Shown here: positions 1 to 11,792 of the stretch, piece by piece | Layout of the letters: every line of letters begins with the position of its first letter | Position numbering within the stretch: position 1 is the first letter of the stretch | Source of the DNA: Leucoraja erinacea | Taxonomy: Eukaryota | NCBI RefSeq assembly: GCF_028641065.1 | Contig: NC_073377.1 | Span: 77,934,001-77,998,000, forward strand | Reading direction: 5' to 3' | DNA length: 64,000 bases | Notes under the pieces: generated by a model | What the model was told of the DNA's origin: nothing | The model's database searches: none | What the model saw: only the letters and a program-made list of their open reading frames with translations | Position numbers and translations under genes: made by a program

Positions 1-182
1 CAGCTCCACGTAGGTAAGTCTGCAGCAGCTCCTCAGCAGCTCCTCGGCAGCTCCTCGGCAGCTCCACGGCAGGCTCCACGGCAGGCTCCACGGCAGGCTC
101 CTCAGCAGCTCCACGGCAGGCTCCACGGCTCCACGGCAGGCTCCGCAGCAGCTCCACAGCAGCTCCCCAGCTCCACAGGCTC
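1..182. repeat. Degenerate minisatellite (ggctccacggcag / cagctcctcgg units) inside family X copy
   Basis: Directly visible 10-13 nt tandem units. Confidence 0.85.
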
Positions 183-440
183 CGTGACTTGAGCCTCCAG
201 GTCGTTCCGGTGGAGGCCGCTCCACGGCGCTAGGCCCCAACGGCAACGGAGCTCCGACAGGGAAAAGGTCGGGTCTCCATGCATGGAAGAGATTAAAGGT
301 TTCCCCCACCCCCCACCCCCCACATACACATTTAAAAAAAAAAACTGATAAACAGCTACAAACTAAACCCTCAACAGGACAAAAAAACAAAAAAAACACA
401 GACAGACTGCAGAGGCCGCTGCGACACTGGTCGCGCCGCC
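1..440 (-). mobile_element. GC-rich ORF-less retroelement (family X), 5' part, runs off window start
   Basis: Reverse complement of 181-440 aligns with about 15520-15800 (ggagacccgaccttt...gtcgg, ggggcctagc.ccgtggag). It interrupts the Gypsy protease region at about 441. Confidence 0.8.
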
Positions 441-1629
441 CACAAGGAGGGTTGGTTTATTTCTGTAGCTGGCCACTATGATGGGCAGTGTTACTGACTG
501 ACCATTATGCTGAACTTTACAGTTCATTTGGCCACATGTCTCCAAAACTTCACCTGAGTAGGTTCTCAGCTTGACCTTATTCTCAAACAATGGTGTCTGT
601 GGGAACTTTTCATACAGGTCTTTGCTCATGACCAAACAATCTGCTGCTGTGTCAATACACATATCAATTAACAGTTCATTTATCAATAGTTTACTTTGAA
701 AGTCCTTGCCTTGGCTGGTTGTAGACTTATCGATGTTGGTTGCATAAATAGGACAACTCAAGTTCATGTCCATCTGGGTTCACCTCCAAGTTGTGAACTC
801 CTCTCTAGTGTTGTCGCTTGTTTCCTGCAGATTGTTGGTTTCCTGCTTTTAGCTTGGCCCGACATGCTGAGGCAATATGGCCTTTCTTTTGGCAGTTATA
901 GCACTTGGCCATTTTGAACTGACAAAAATGGGATGAGTGATTACCGTTGCAACGATAGCAACTGGCTGAACTCGGCTCCCCGCCATACTTTGTTTTGGTT
1001 TATAGACTCTTGGTTTGGCCACAGGCACTGACTTGTGACTGTAAACGACTACTGCTGTCCATGGTGGACGAAACTCGTGAGCATTCTTTGATGCCATCTC
1101 CATTGTGGTAGCAAGATTGCATGCTTTCTCGAATGTAAGATCTGGAGTGTTCATGGGTTTGGACTGAATTTGTTCATCCACTAGATCACAAACAAATCTG
1201 TCGTGTAATGCGCGTCTGAGAAAAGTTCCAAAGTTACAGTGCAAAGTTACGTTTTTCAAGTCAACAATGTACTCATTAATTGTCTCATACTGCTTCTGGT
1301 TTCTAGTGCCAAATTTATAGCTTTCAGAAATTTCCAGAGGCTTTGGGTTGAAGTGCTCCCCCAACTTATTCATAATGTCAGTGAATGGGCGCAAGGAGAT
1401 TCACGAGTGTGCCGTACAGTTCAGGACCAATCTCCATGAGCTGAATCGCTTTCACGCATTTGCAAACTGCCTTATTTGTTTTAGTCACTAACTCTCCTTC
1501 ACGACTAATCTCCATTTTGTTGTTTGCCGTGAAAAACATGTTTGCTCTTTCCATATAGGAGCTGAACGGCTCTCTGCTCTTGTCAAAAGTGTCAATGTTT
1601 CCGATGTAGCCCGTGGACATTGCCATCAT
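441..1629 (-). mobile_element. Degenerate Ty3/Gypsy (Mag-like) gag and protease remnant
   Basis: ORF pieces 1378-1629, 849-1394 and 363-773. Gag start GYIGNIDTFD..YMERANMFFTAN; two zinc knuckles CYRCNGNHSSHFC / CYNCQKKGHIASAC read from the minus strand about 865-960; protease-like CIDTAADC. Frameshifted. Confidence 0.85.
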
Positions 1630-2383
1630 GTAATTCTAATTTTCAAATAATAAATCTATTCACAAACCCTGAATTCCTGTCTGCTCTGGTGTAACAATTC
1701 ACCTAAAACTGAGCTGTACAAAGGCTATTCAGCTTGAGGAATTCGACAAAAAAAAACCTCAGTCTAAAATGTTCTACAATCCCAAGGACGACATCTTGCC
1801 ATGTACACACAACATAGAGATAGCCTGACAAACTCTTGCCCTGCAGAGTTACTCCAGCACTTTGCAATTTTCCAGTACAATTTATGCTTGCTTCTTCGAA
1901 GCAATTTCAGTGTCAGATATTCACTGACAGATATCATTTCTTCATTGCAGTGAGAATTGGACCAAATTGTTCCAGGATTGACCATAGTTGGCCTCCCCCA
2001 TGACAACTGTATTTCCTTTGTGGTCAAAATCTATTGGCCTCTATTGCCCCCCCAAAACCTCCAATAATACAAAACTACCCGCTTCCAATGAGTATTCATC
2101 TCTCTGCCCTGACCTGCCTTGTTGATTCACCAATACTCAATCCCAATCCTGATATCTGACCCATTATCAAAGCCAGCACTGACACAACAAACCCTTCCCA
2201 AAATTCAACCCTCTGATTACCACGCCAACTGTTGGCTCTAACTGGACCTGATTGCCAGCCCTTATCCTCTCCAAACGCTGGACCCAGCCTAAGTCTGAGT
2301 CAGCACATGAATAATGCAGCCTCTAGACCAGGACATGCTCAGAAATAACTACACTGTCTATGAGCCCTTGTAAGCCCGAGTTA

Positions 2384-2993
2384 AGTGCCTGTTCCACTTG
2401 GATGACATTTTAGGCGACAGCCTGAAAAGAGGTTGTCTCCCTGCCGCCCCAGGATTTTGGAATGTTCAAAATCCTTGCAGGACATCTGCGTGTCTTATCT
2501 TGTCATGCACCCTTTCGCACGATGGAGTATGGGTGACGCATGGTCTCGCATGGTGACGCATGTCTTTGCCTACGCTAATTTATTTTGCATCATCGTGCAT
2601 AACCATGGGTCACCATGCGCCACTATGCGAAAACGATGCATCATGATGCGTCGCGATGTTGCCCCAGATAACGCAACCAGTCGTGTCTTGCCATATCGTG
2701 TCGTGGGTGGACGTACATTGACGCCGCTTGATGGCAGTGACATCACAGGTGCTGTTCTATGCTGTCGAATGCTTTTGCATGCCGTCCTATGGTGACGCAT
2801 GGTAATGCGTGCCTGTCCTATGTTGACGCATGGTGACGCTTGGAAATTGGTGAGGCTTGGTGATGCGGAGTGTCGTACCTTGACATGGCTGTGACGCGGC
2901 TGTGTCGTACTACTTGACGGTTTTTAGGCGACATCGGGCGTCAGTCACTGATGCCCGTCATCTCCCATAAAATCACAAAGTGGGACAGGCCCT
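2384..2993. mobile_element. PIF/Harbinger-like MITE
   Basis: TIRs agtgcctgttccactt / aagtgggacaggccct flanked by TTA on both sides. CpG-rich interior with tggtgacgca decamers. Confidence 0.75.
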
Positions 2994-3282
2994 TTAAACA
3001 GCTATTTGTCTTCTGCAGCAAGATAGGTCACTATTTAGCGCTCTTCTGCATACTTCTTGAAATTACATCTTTTTTTTCCTTTGTCTAGGAATAACAATGT
3101 TTGGTTGGTGGTTATCTATAAGCACCTTGGTTGGATCACAAAACATGTTATTTTGCAAAGAAGCCTGACCATACTTGCAGCTGAAAAGGTAATCATTAAT
3201 TGCTAAAACTCATGCAAAATTAGGTAATCTTTGGTGTCTAAAGTTCCTATTTGGAGTAAAATTTATCATCTCCAAAAAAAAC

Positions 3283-3980
3283 CCAAACTGCTGGAGGAGC
3301 TCAATGCTGGATCAGGCAGCATCTGTGGAGGGAATGGGCAGATTACATTTCTGGTCAGGACTCTTCAGATCTAAAATGTCATCTGTCCATTCATTCCAAA
3401 AATGTTGCCTGATGTGCTGAGTTCCTTCAGCACTTTGTGTTATGCTTAAGATTTGAGCATCTGCAGTCTCTCCTGCCTTCATTACCTCTACACTAGAAAT
3501 AAATAATATGCTGGAAGCACACAGCAAGTCTGCAGCATCTGTGAAAAAAAAAACTGCCTGAAGGTGGAAACCAACTGCTTCTGATGAAGAGTTTTCAAAC
3601 TGAAATTTCTCAAAAGAAATTCAATTTTGGGAAAGCTTTCATTTAAAGAGACAATTATATTTACTGAATGCAGAATAACATTGTTCTGAGCTATTAAAAC
3701 AAGCCAGATAAATGTTCATGCGGTAACTTTGGTATAAGTATTTACACCTTTTGCAAATGCATTATAGTTATTCCAAAGATACACAAAAAGCTGGAGTCTC
3801 CAGAGAGAAGGAATGGGTGACATATCGGGTTGAGACCCTTCTTCTTCTGAGGAAGAGTCTCAAAACGAAACGTCACCCATTCCTTCTATCCAGTGATTCC
3901 GCCTGTCCCACTGAGTTACTCCAGCTTTTTTGTGTTTTTCTTCAGTTTAAACCAGCATCTGCAGTTCCCTCCTACATACT
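3283..3980. mobile_element. Cluster of Penelope pseudo-LTR-derived palindromic repeats
   Basis: gctggag..ctca..caggcagcatct arms in inverted orientation (3283-3475, 3775-3980), matching the terminus of the GIY-YIG Penelope copy at 22257-22385. Confidence 0.75.
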
Positions 3981-4751
3981 TAGTTATTCATTTACTTGAA
4001 ATGTCTCACTGGTTAGGTTTTTTTGTCATAATGTTTTTCTTAAAATTCTTGAATTCTATGTTATTTTATTGGCTAATTAATTGCGGTCTTTCTACTTCTG
4101 CAATTTAATTTTAAGATCATGGGCACTAAATTCTGTTTTGCAGATTGAATTGAAGTGTCACCTTGGTGCCAGCAGGAGCAGCTGATAACTACTTGCTAAA
4201 TTTACCACCAGCTTGTCACCATCTGTCTTTCTTAGATTGATAGTAGTATATTATATGTAATTTTCTTTTGCCCAATTAACACTATTGATACTGCTGGATT
4301 TTGGCAGTACATTATATAAGAGTATACTAACTTAATGATTCTAATACAGATTAAAAATAAATGTAAAAACATTTTCAAATCACTTTTTCAGTAAAATGCA
4401 CATATAATCTCATTGAATCGTTAATAACTTACTAAAAGTCTTTAACTCATGTATTAAAAACATCACCCATGTTAATATGGTAATACATTTCATAAAAAGG
4501 AGGAAGCATTAATGATCAATTAAATTTTTGTCTAAATCTGAGCACAAATGGCAATCAGACATTTGAAATGAAATAAAATTAATAGTGAAATAATCTATCT
4601 TTCTATCTATCCAATGATTATCTAATTGACTATCTATCTTATTCTCAATGTGAGTATCTATTTGGCTTTCATTTTATCTGTTATTTAATTCACAACAGCT
4701 ATCTATGTACTGAATCTACCTACCTATTCTCTCTCTCTCTCTCTTTCTCTC

Positions 4752-5045
4752 TTTTTTTCTGTTTTTTTTCTTTTCCAAAAACTTTATTCAACATAATCGC
4801 ATCAAAACACAATCAGAAGTTACAATGTATCAAATAATCATTATACTATTATAATGCATTCATTATTTACAATATTCTCAACCCCACGTGATGACCAGCG
4901 CCCACAGAAGGCATCCAGAGTCCCCGTGGACACCGCGTGTTCTCTCTCCAGGGACACGCATGCATAGTCGTCGGCCCGAAAGAGGAGCAGGCAGCCAACT
5001 CCAGCATGACCATGGACTGCCCGCTGCCTGGACCCACAAATGGCC
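4752..5045 (-). mobile_element. Tx1-like (L1 clade) LINE 3' end
   Basis: Minus strand reads GCLLLFRADDYACVSLEREHAVSTGTLDAFCGRW, resembling Tx1 ORF2 C-termini as I recall them, then AATAAA and an A-rich tail. Flanked by (CT)n and (CCCTCT)n. Confidence 0.6.
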
Positions 5046-5115
5046 CTCTCCCTCTCCCTCTCCCTCTCCCTCTCCCTCTCCCTCTCCCTCGGAACTAATA
5101 TCCTCAGATTTCAAG

Positions 5116-5420
5116 CAGTAGACAATAGGTGCAGGAGCAGGACATTTGGCCCTTTGAGTCAGCACCGCCATTTAAAGTGATCATGGCTGATCATCCACAA
5201 TCAGTACCCCGTTCCTGCCTTCTCCCTCTATCCCCTGACTCTGCTATTTTTAAGAGCCCTATCTAGCTCTCTCTTGAAAGCATCCAGAGAACCTACCTCC
5301 ATCACCCTCTGAGGCAGCGAATTCCACAGACTCACCACTCTCTGTGAGAAAAAGTGTTTTTTCGTCTCCATTCTAAATGGCTTACTCCTTATTCTTAAAC
5401 TGTTGCCCCTGGTTCTGGAG
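5116..5420 (-). mobile_element. CR1/HER1-like LINE 3' end
   Basis: Same tail as the other CR1 copies (atcagccatgatca..atggcggtgctg..cctgcacctattgtcta). Confidence 0.85.
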
Positions 5421-5845
5421 CAATCTCTTTTCTTTTTTTATTCTCAGTTGTTTTTCAAAACAAGCTTTACTGTCAGAAAAAAAAAAACTACATGGAGGAA
5501 CAGTAAAACCAACATAAGCTATTTATAATTTTAGGAGTTAATAGTATCTGTCCCCTAATAGTTGGTATTTATAGATGTGAAATTGGCTTGATTTTAACCA
5601 TCTTTTGGCCACTTTATAATTTGGAGTCCAAAATTTAGTTTGGACATATACGTACATATATTTCTAACATTGACAATGTTAACTTAACACCCAAGGTTCA
5701 ATTTCATAGCTGAAAGCTTCACCTGAAAGGCTCTCTTCAGCTCAAACTAATTAAGCTGCAGGATGTTTAGGTTAGTTTAGAGATACAGCACTGAAACAGA
5801 CACTTTAGCCCAATGAGTCCACACCGACCACCTCATCCCTGCACA

Positions 5846-7364
5846 TCTATACTATTACTAAAGGTCTCATCTTGCCCACTTCCTGTCTACATTTTAAATA
5901 CATTTTAGAAGAAAACGCTACCTTATATCACAATTATTTTTTCGCCATCTTACTCACTGTCCTCCTGTCCTCCAACCAACCCAAGGTTTTATCCGATCGG
6001 TGAAATTATAAAATAATTATGAATGTTTAAAAACTTGTGGGATCAGCAGATTGGTCTTCTCACCTGTCAGTCACCATGATGAAGGTAACGCCCCTTCCAT
6101 GGGGGCCAGGAAAATAAAGCCCCAGAGGACGGTCATGAGTCAGTCACCCCGGAAGACCATGAGTGAGAGTCCAGAACTGTGAATCTACGCCGTGAGTGAA
6201 CTGAACTATGAGTCTGTACAGTGCATGAATTGATAGGTTGGTCTGTACTGTGCTGCTTGAATTGAATTGAAGGGTTGGTCTGCACTGTGCTGCTTGAACT
6301 GACCCCTTGTTGCAGCCCCTCAGTTCCGGAAGACCATGAGTCTCACTCACTACGCGTGAGTGTCGCGATCAGGGGAAAGGTTGGTCTGCACTCAATTGCT
6401 GAATTGAAGGGTTTGTCTGTAGTTTCAAGAGAGGGTTTTTACTGTCTTGAATATATGTCTTGTGCGCTTGAGAAGAGTGTGACTGTGCTGCTTGGATGAA
6501 GAGTTCGTCTGCACTGTGTGTGTGAATGTTGCACTCATTCCGGAAGTCGTGTGCGATCAGGGAAAGGCTGCACTCAATTGTGTGTTTGTGTCATATATAT
6601 GTTGTGTGAGAGATAGATGGTGTGGTGTGTGTGTCTGAGTTGATGGTGGGTGGGGTGTGTGTGAGATGGTGGGGTGTGTGTGTGAGATGGAGGGTGTGTG
6701 TGTGTGTGTGTGTGTGTCCGCCCACAGGCCATGAGTGAATCAACTGCCAGCCCACCAGCCATGAGGGAGTCGGCTGCCAGCCCACCATCCATGAGTGAGT
6801 CGGCTGCCAGCCCACCAGCCATGGGTGACTGAGCTGCCAGCCCACCAGCCATGAGTGTCTGAGCTGCCAGCCCACCAGGCCTGAGTGACTGAGCTGCCAG
6901 CCCACCAGGCCTGAGTGACTGAACTGCCAGCCCACCAGGCCTGAGCTGCCAGCCCACCTGGCCTGTGACTGAGCTGCCTGCCCACCAGGTCTGAGCTGCC
7001 AGCCCACCAGGCATGAGTGACTGAGCTGCCAGCCCACCAGCCCTGAGCTGGCCCAGGCCTAAGTGACTGAGCTGCCAGCCCACAGTGACTGAGCTGCCAG
7101 CCCACCAGGCCTGAGTGACTGAGCTGCTAGCGCACCAGGCCTGAGTGACTGAGCTGCCAGCCCAAGAATCCATTCGGCCCACAATGTCCATACTAGCCCT
7201 CTGGAAACCAGTCACTTTGGCCCACAACACCCATACTAGCACTCCGAAAAGCCCCCCCTCCCCACTGGCCACCAATATTGGAATTGGCGGAGAGGTGGAA
7301 TATTGCGTTGGGGGCCCAGTCCTCCCGTGTAAACATGGGCCCCAACGGGTCCTTTTTAGTCTAG
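5846..7364 (+). mobile_element. Non-autonomous Helitron
   Basis: Starts A|TCTATACTATTACT, ends gggccccaacgggtcc hairpin...CTAG|T. Inserted between A and T with no TSD; no Rep/helicase ORF. Confidence 0.85.
6625..7165. repeat. (TG)n-rich tract followed by an about 30-bp minisatellite (ctgagctgccagcccaccaggcctgagtga)
   Basis: About 15 directly visible tandem units at 6720-7165. Confidence 0.9.
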
Positions 7365-7849
7365 TTGACTCTATCCAACACACACAAGGGACAATTTACA
7401 TTGATACCAAGCCAATTAACCTACAAACATGTATGTATTTGGAGTGTGGGAGGAAACCGGAGCACCATACAGAAAATCCACGCAGGCAACGGGATAATGT
7501 ACAAACTCCATACAGGCAGCACCCATGGTCAGGGTAGAACTCGTGTCTCTGGCACTGTAAGGCAGCAACTCTACCTCTGTGCCACCGTGCCACCCCAGAT
7601 GTATCTGCTTAAGATCCACTACTTAAAGGGATTGATTACTAACTTCAAAATATTATTTTGGAAGTTCCATTGTTATTTTGAGTTTCAAAAGTCAGAAAAG
7701 ACTTACCTTTTGCTGCGTTTGGGTTTTTGTACATGGTTGTACAGGCCTTCATCTTGTCATAAAGTATTTGCAGAGAACATTAGAAACTGGGAAAGCTGCT
7801 GGTAAAGGAAGAATGACGAGGGGAAGAAGGACCTCACCAGAGCTGCCTA

Positions 7850-8205
7850 AAAATCAAAGTGCATGAGCAACTCAGCAGGTCAGGCAGCATCTGTGGAGAT
7901 GCCTGACATATTGAGTTTCCTCATATTGTTTTTGTCCAAGATTCCAGCATCTGCATTCTCTTGGGTCACCATAGTTGCCGAGGTTGGACAATGCGCAATT
8001 TTGCAAAGGACAATGTGGGAAGTACCTGAGCATCTCAAACGAACTGACATCGGACTATTACTTCAGCCATTGGTCCATCTAAATAGCTGATTTCTTCAGT
8101 CTGGAGCAGAATCTTGACCCATGTTCTCCAGAGATACTGCCTGATCCGTTGAGTGACCAGCACTTTGTGTCCTTTTATTGTAAACCAACATCTGCAATTC
8201 CTTGT
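7850..8205. mobile_element. Penelope pseudo-LTR relics
   Basis: actcagcaggtcaggcagcatct and ctgcctgatccgttgagtgaccagcactttgtg motifs. Confidence 0.65.
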
Positions 8206-10219
8206 TTCACCATCATGAATATGACCATGCCTCTGGAGTTTTATGCATCTACTTTCTTCAAAGCTGATACTGAAAATAGGTGTAATGTTTCGCCATTTAC
8301 TTTGGACTATTATATAAAAGAGGCTGTGCACTTCTTGAAACTATGTTCCACTCAATTTGTTCTTGATATTTTTTGTTCATTTCTCCTGCAAAAAAAGAAA
8401 AGAAGTGAATGAGTATCATGTGTAATGAAGTGATGAGGTTGTCATTGTTCCATCAGTGGCATTGTATTCAATCATTGATTTGTAAGTGTGTATGGGTGTG
8501 CATGCCTAGGTTGATGGAGTTTGTGAATGTATGAGGGTAGGAGTGTGACACAAGGGACAATGTATGAAACCAACAGGTCCGTTGGCAGGTTATGACATTT
8601 GAAGTCATATTCATTAACTTGGCCATTTGTTGAACCATAACATTTCTTGCAGCAAGGCGCCTTAATCAACAAGGCTGGATTTTTGGCACTGAGATGCTTA
8701 CTCCAACTGTTTTTTTCACAATGTAGATCCACTCAGTCTACTGCACATATAACAATGTTCTTCCCTTTTCTACTTCCGTGAATCTCTGTATTCACCATTG
8801 GAAAATCTCTGCATTGGCTCTCGTCAACCTTCAACAATTCTCTAATCTTTCCCAGGTCACAGAGGACTGCCAATACCTGTTTAAACAACTATGCAGCTCC
8901 ACTTTAAGGGACATTGTACAACGCTACCTTTCAGTGTTGTACATTAGCTTTAAGGAGTGTTTGGCAAGATCAATTTTCGATTCTTTAATGATGTGTGCAG
9001 CTAATCAACAGCATGAATTGTGCTGGCTGCTGGATACAAGAAACATATGTATGGAAGCAACATGAAGACGCTGCACTGAATGCATTAATTTCCAATTATT
9101 GCACCCATTTTAAAGGATCTTGAGAATTAGAGATGTAGAATGGGAATCACAATTCATACCAAATTAACAGAGTGCCACATGCAAAGCTGTGACTTTTGGT
9201 ATGATTGTGTAATATGCCAATTTTACATGCATCACCGCTTTCATTCTTATTTGTTTTTAATGTATATACAACATATATTCCTGCTCTGTATTCGGATTAA
9301 TTGTTCACACGGAGCTACTTTCATGATGAAAAATAATTCCCATTCAGTTGATACAATGTAATCATTATTACGAATATTCATTGAATTTCAACATTTGCAT
9401 TAATAAACATAATTGCAGCAATTATTAATGCCTCATAAATGCTCCACGCACCTCATCACACAAATGATTGACTCAAAGTTAACGAACAATTTTGCAAGCG
9501 CCACATGACAAAGCCTACTCGGCTTGTTTGTCGTCTGCAATTTACTTTATATTTCAGATTCCATATGTTTCATGGAAGAAATATTCATTGTGAGTGTCGT
9601 CGTTAGTCAGCTTTTCAAAGTGTCTGATGTGTTCAACTACTGTTTATGTACGGAAAAGCCGTATTACTAATAAAATTATTTTAAAGTTCAACAGTAATCT
9701 TTGTTTATGCTAGTGATATTTTTATTTAAAAATAATTTATTTCTACTTTATTCAAAAGAAAATTAGATTATTAAAAAAACAGATCAATTGATCTTTGTTT
9801 AAATTTACATTTCTTCCAGAATCGGAACAGCCTGTGGCAAATGACATAAATATGTCATTTATGAGCTAGATAATTTCATCAACTTAAATGTAAAGAAGTG
9901 TTTGGTGATATGAATATAATGTACATCATGTACTGGTAGAAAACTATTGGACTAAACTGGCTTTCTCTGTGCTGTCAATTCTGTGTTAATCAATATAATT
10001 ATATGTAATATTTTTTTCTGTTTACTCATTTACCTGTCGTCAGAACAGGACACCATCATTTTCTGAAAACCTGCAACACAGGAGTAACATAATTAAGAAT
10101 CAGCAGGATTTTTAATACATATTTTGACCCAGTACTGCAAGGTATAGCAAATCGGGGACACTTGCATCAAAATATTCACTGGTTCCTTGGCTCAAATAGC
10201 TGCCACCTTCAGCTCCTTT

Positions 10220-11560
10220 TAGAAACATAGAAAACATAGAAAATAGGTGCAGGAGGAGCCCATTCGGCCCTTCGAGCCAGCACCGCCATTCATTGTGATC
10301 ATGGCTGATCGTCCCCTATCAATAACCCGTGCCTGCCTTCTCCCCATATCCCTTGACTCCACTAGCCCCGAGAGCTCTATCTAACTCTCTCTTAAATCCA
10401 TCCAGTGATTTGGCCTCCACTGCCCTCTTTGGCAGGGAATTCCATAAATTCACAACTCTCTGGGTGAAAACGTTTTTTCTCACCTCAGTTTTAAATGACT
10501 TCCCCTTTATTCTAAGACTGTGGCTCCTGGTTCTGGACTCGCCCAACATTGGGAACATTTTTCACGCATCTAGCTTGTCCAGTCCTTTTATAATTTTATA
10601 TGTTTCTATAAGATATCCCCTCATCCTTCTAAACTCTAGTGAATACAAGCCTAGTCTTTTCAATCTTTCCTCATATGACAGTCCCTCCATCCCAGGGATC
10701 AATCTCGTGAACCTACCTACGCTCAATCAAAAGGATGTCCTTCCTCAAATTAGGGGACCAAAATTGTACACAATACTCCAGATGTGGTCTCACCAGAGCC
10801 CTATACAATTGCAGAAGAACCTCCTTACTGCTATACTGAAATCCGCTTGTTATGAAGGCCAACATTCCATTAGCTTTCTTCACTGCCTGCCATACCTGCA
10901 CGCCAACTTTCAGTGACCGGTGTACAAGGACACCCAGGACCTCCCCCTTACCTAACCTAACCCCATTGAGATAATAATCTGCCCCTTGTTTTTGGCGCCA
11001 AAGTGGATAACATCACATTTATCTATATTAAACTGCATCTGCCATGCATCTGCCCACTTACTCAACCTGTCCAGTTCACCCTGCAACCTCCTAACATCCT
11101 CTTCACAGTTCACACTGCAACCCAGCTTTGTGTCATCCGCAAACTTGCTAGTGTTGCTCCTAATTCCCTCTTCCAAATCATTAATATATTTGGTTAACAG
11201 TTGCGGCCACAACACCGAGCCCTGCGGCACTCCACTCGCCACTGCCTGCCATTCTGAAAAGGACCCGTTCACTCCTACTCTTTGCTTCCGGTCTGACAAC
11301 CAATTTTCTATCCATGTCAACACCCTACCACTCTACCATATGCTCTAATTTTAGTCACCAGTCTCCCTTGCGAGACCTTATCAAGGGCTTTCTGAAAGTC
11401 TAGATACACTACATGCACCGGCACCCCTTCATCCATTTTACTTGTCACATCCTCAAAAAATTACAGAAGATTAGTCAAGCATGATTTCCCTTTCATAAAT
11501 CCATGTTGACGGAATAATCCTTTTACTGCTATCCAAATACCCCATTATTACCTCTTTAAT
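10220..11560 (-). mobile_element. CR1/HER1-like LINE, 5'-truncated (RT C-terminal part plus 3' tail)
   Basis: ORF pieces with SGVPQGSVL, KFADDTKL and RPHLEYCVQFWSP; (tttctatg)n tail. Same subfamily as 39200-40810. Confidence 0.95.
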
Positions 11561-11764
11561 AAGGGTCGTGCCATCATGCTGTCGAACCCCTCGGCACGGG
11601 AGTGGTTCAGTCCGGAGGCGGCCCTTATCCAGAGGGTTTAAAGGCAGGGGTTTGGGTGCCATCTTTCTCTTGTTTGGTCTTCCCTACAACCAGGAGGAAC
11701 ATAATAAAAGGTGCCTCTCAAAACACTGGACTTCGTGCTTCCTTTTGAGACCCACGCACCACAT

Positions 11765-11779
11765 TGGTGACCCCCGACG
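11765..11779 (+). promoter_or_regulatory. Primer-binding site complementary to the tRNA-Trp 3' end
   Basis: tggtgacccccgacg versus the tRNA-Trp complement TGGTGACCCCGACG (one extra C). Same sequence on the minus strand at about 52759-52773. Confidence 0.8.
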
Positions 11780-11792
11780 CTCCATTGGCATC

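Larger units (their letters stand above)
5765..7594 (-). mobile_element. HE1-like tRNA-derived V-SINE split by a Helitron (pieces 5765-5845 and 7365-7594)
   Basis: tRNA-like head ggcacggtggcacagaggtagagttgctgccttacag on the minus strand; (ctaaa)n tail; the halves rejoin as gcaca|ttgactctatcc. Confidence 0.85.

Noticed and set aside
3089-3188. Possible 100-nt exon (pyrimidine tract-AG ... AAG|GTAATC) with one open frame NNNVWLVVIYKHLGW...
   Set aside because: Peptide not recognised and no compatible neighbouring exons; chance splice-like signals are common.
6720-7165. CRISPR-like regular repeat
   Set aside because: Units are contiguous with no unique spacers, there are no cas genes, and the context is eukaryotic.
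6574-7383. 269-aa, 148-aa and 121-aa minus-strand ORFs with repeated peptides
   Set aside because: Artefacts of a stop-free 30-bp minisatellite inside the Helitron.
10034-10070. Minus-strand 37-nt exon-like segment (ttgcag|...cag|gtaaat)
   Set aside because: Unsupported by homology; conflicts in strand with the other candidate exons.
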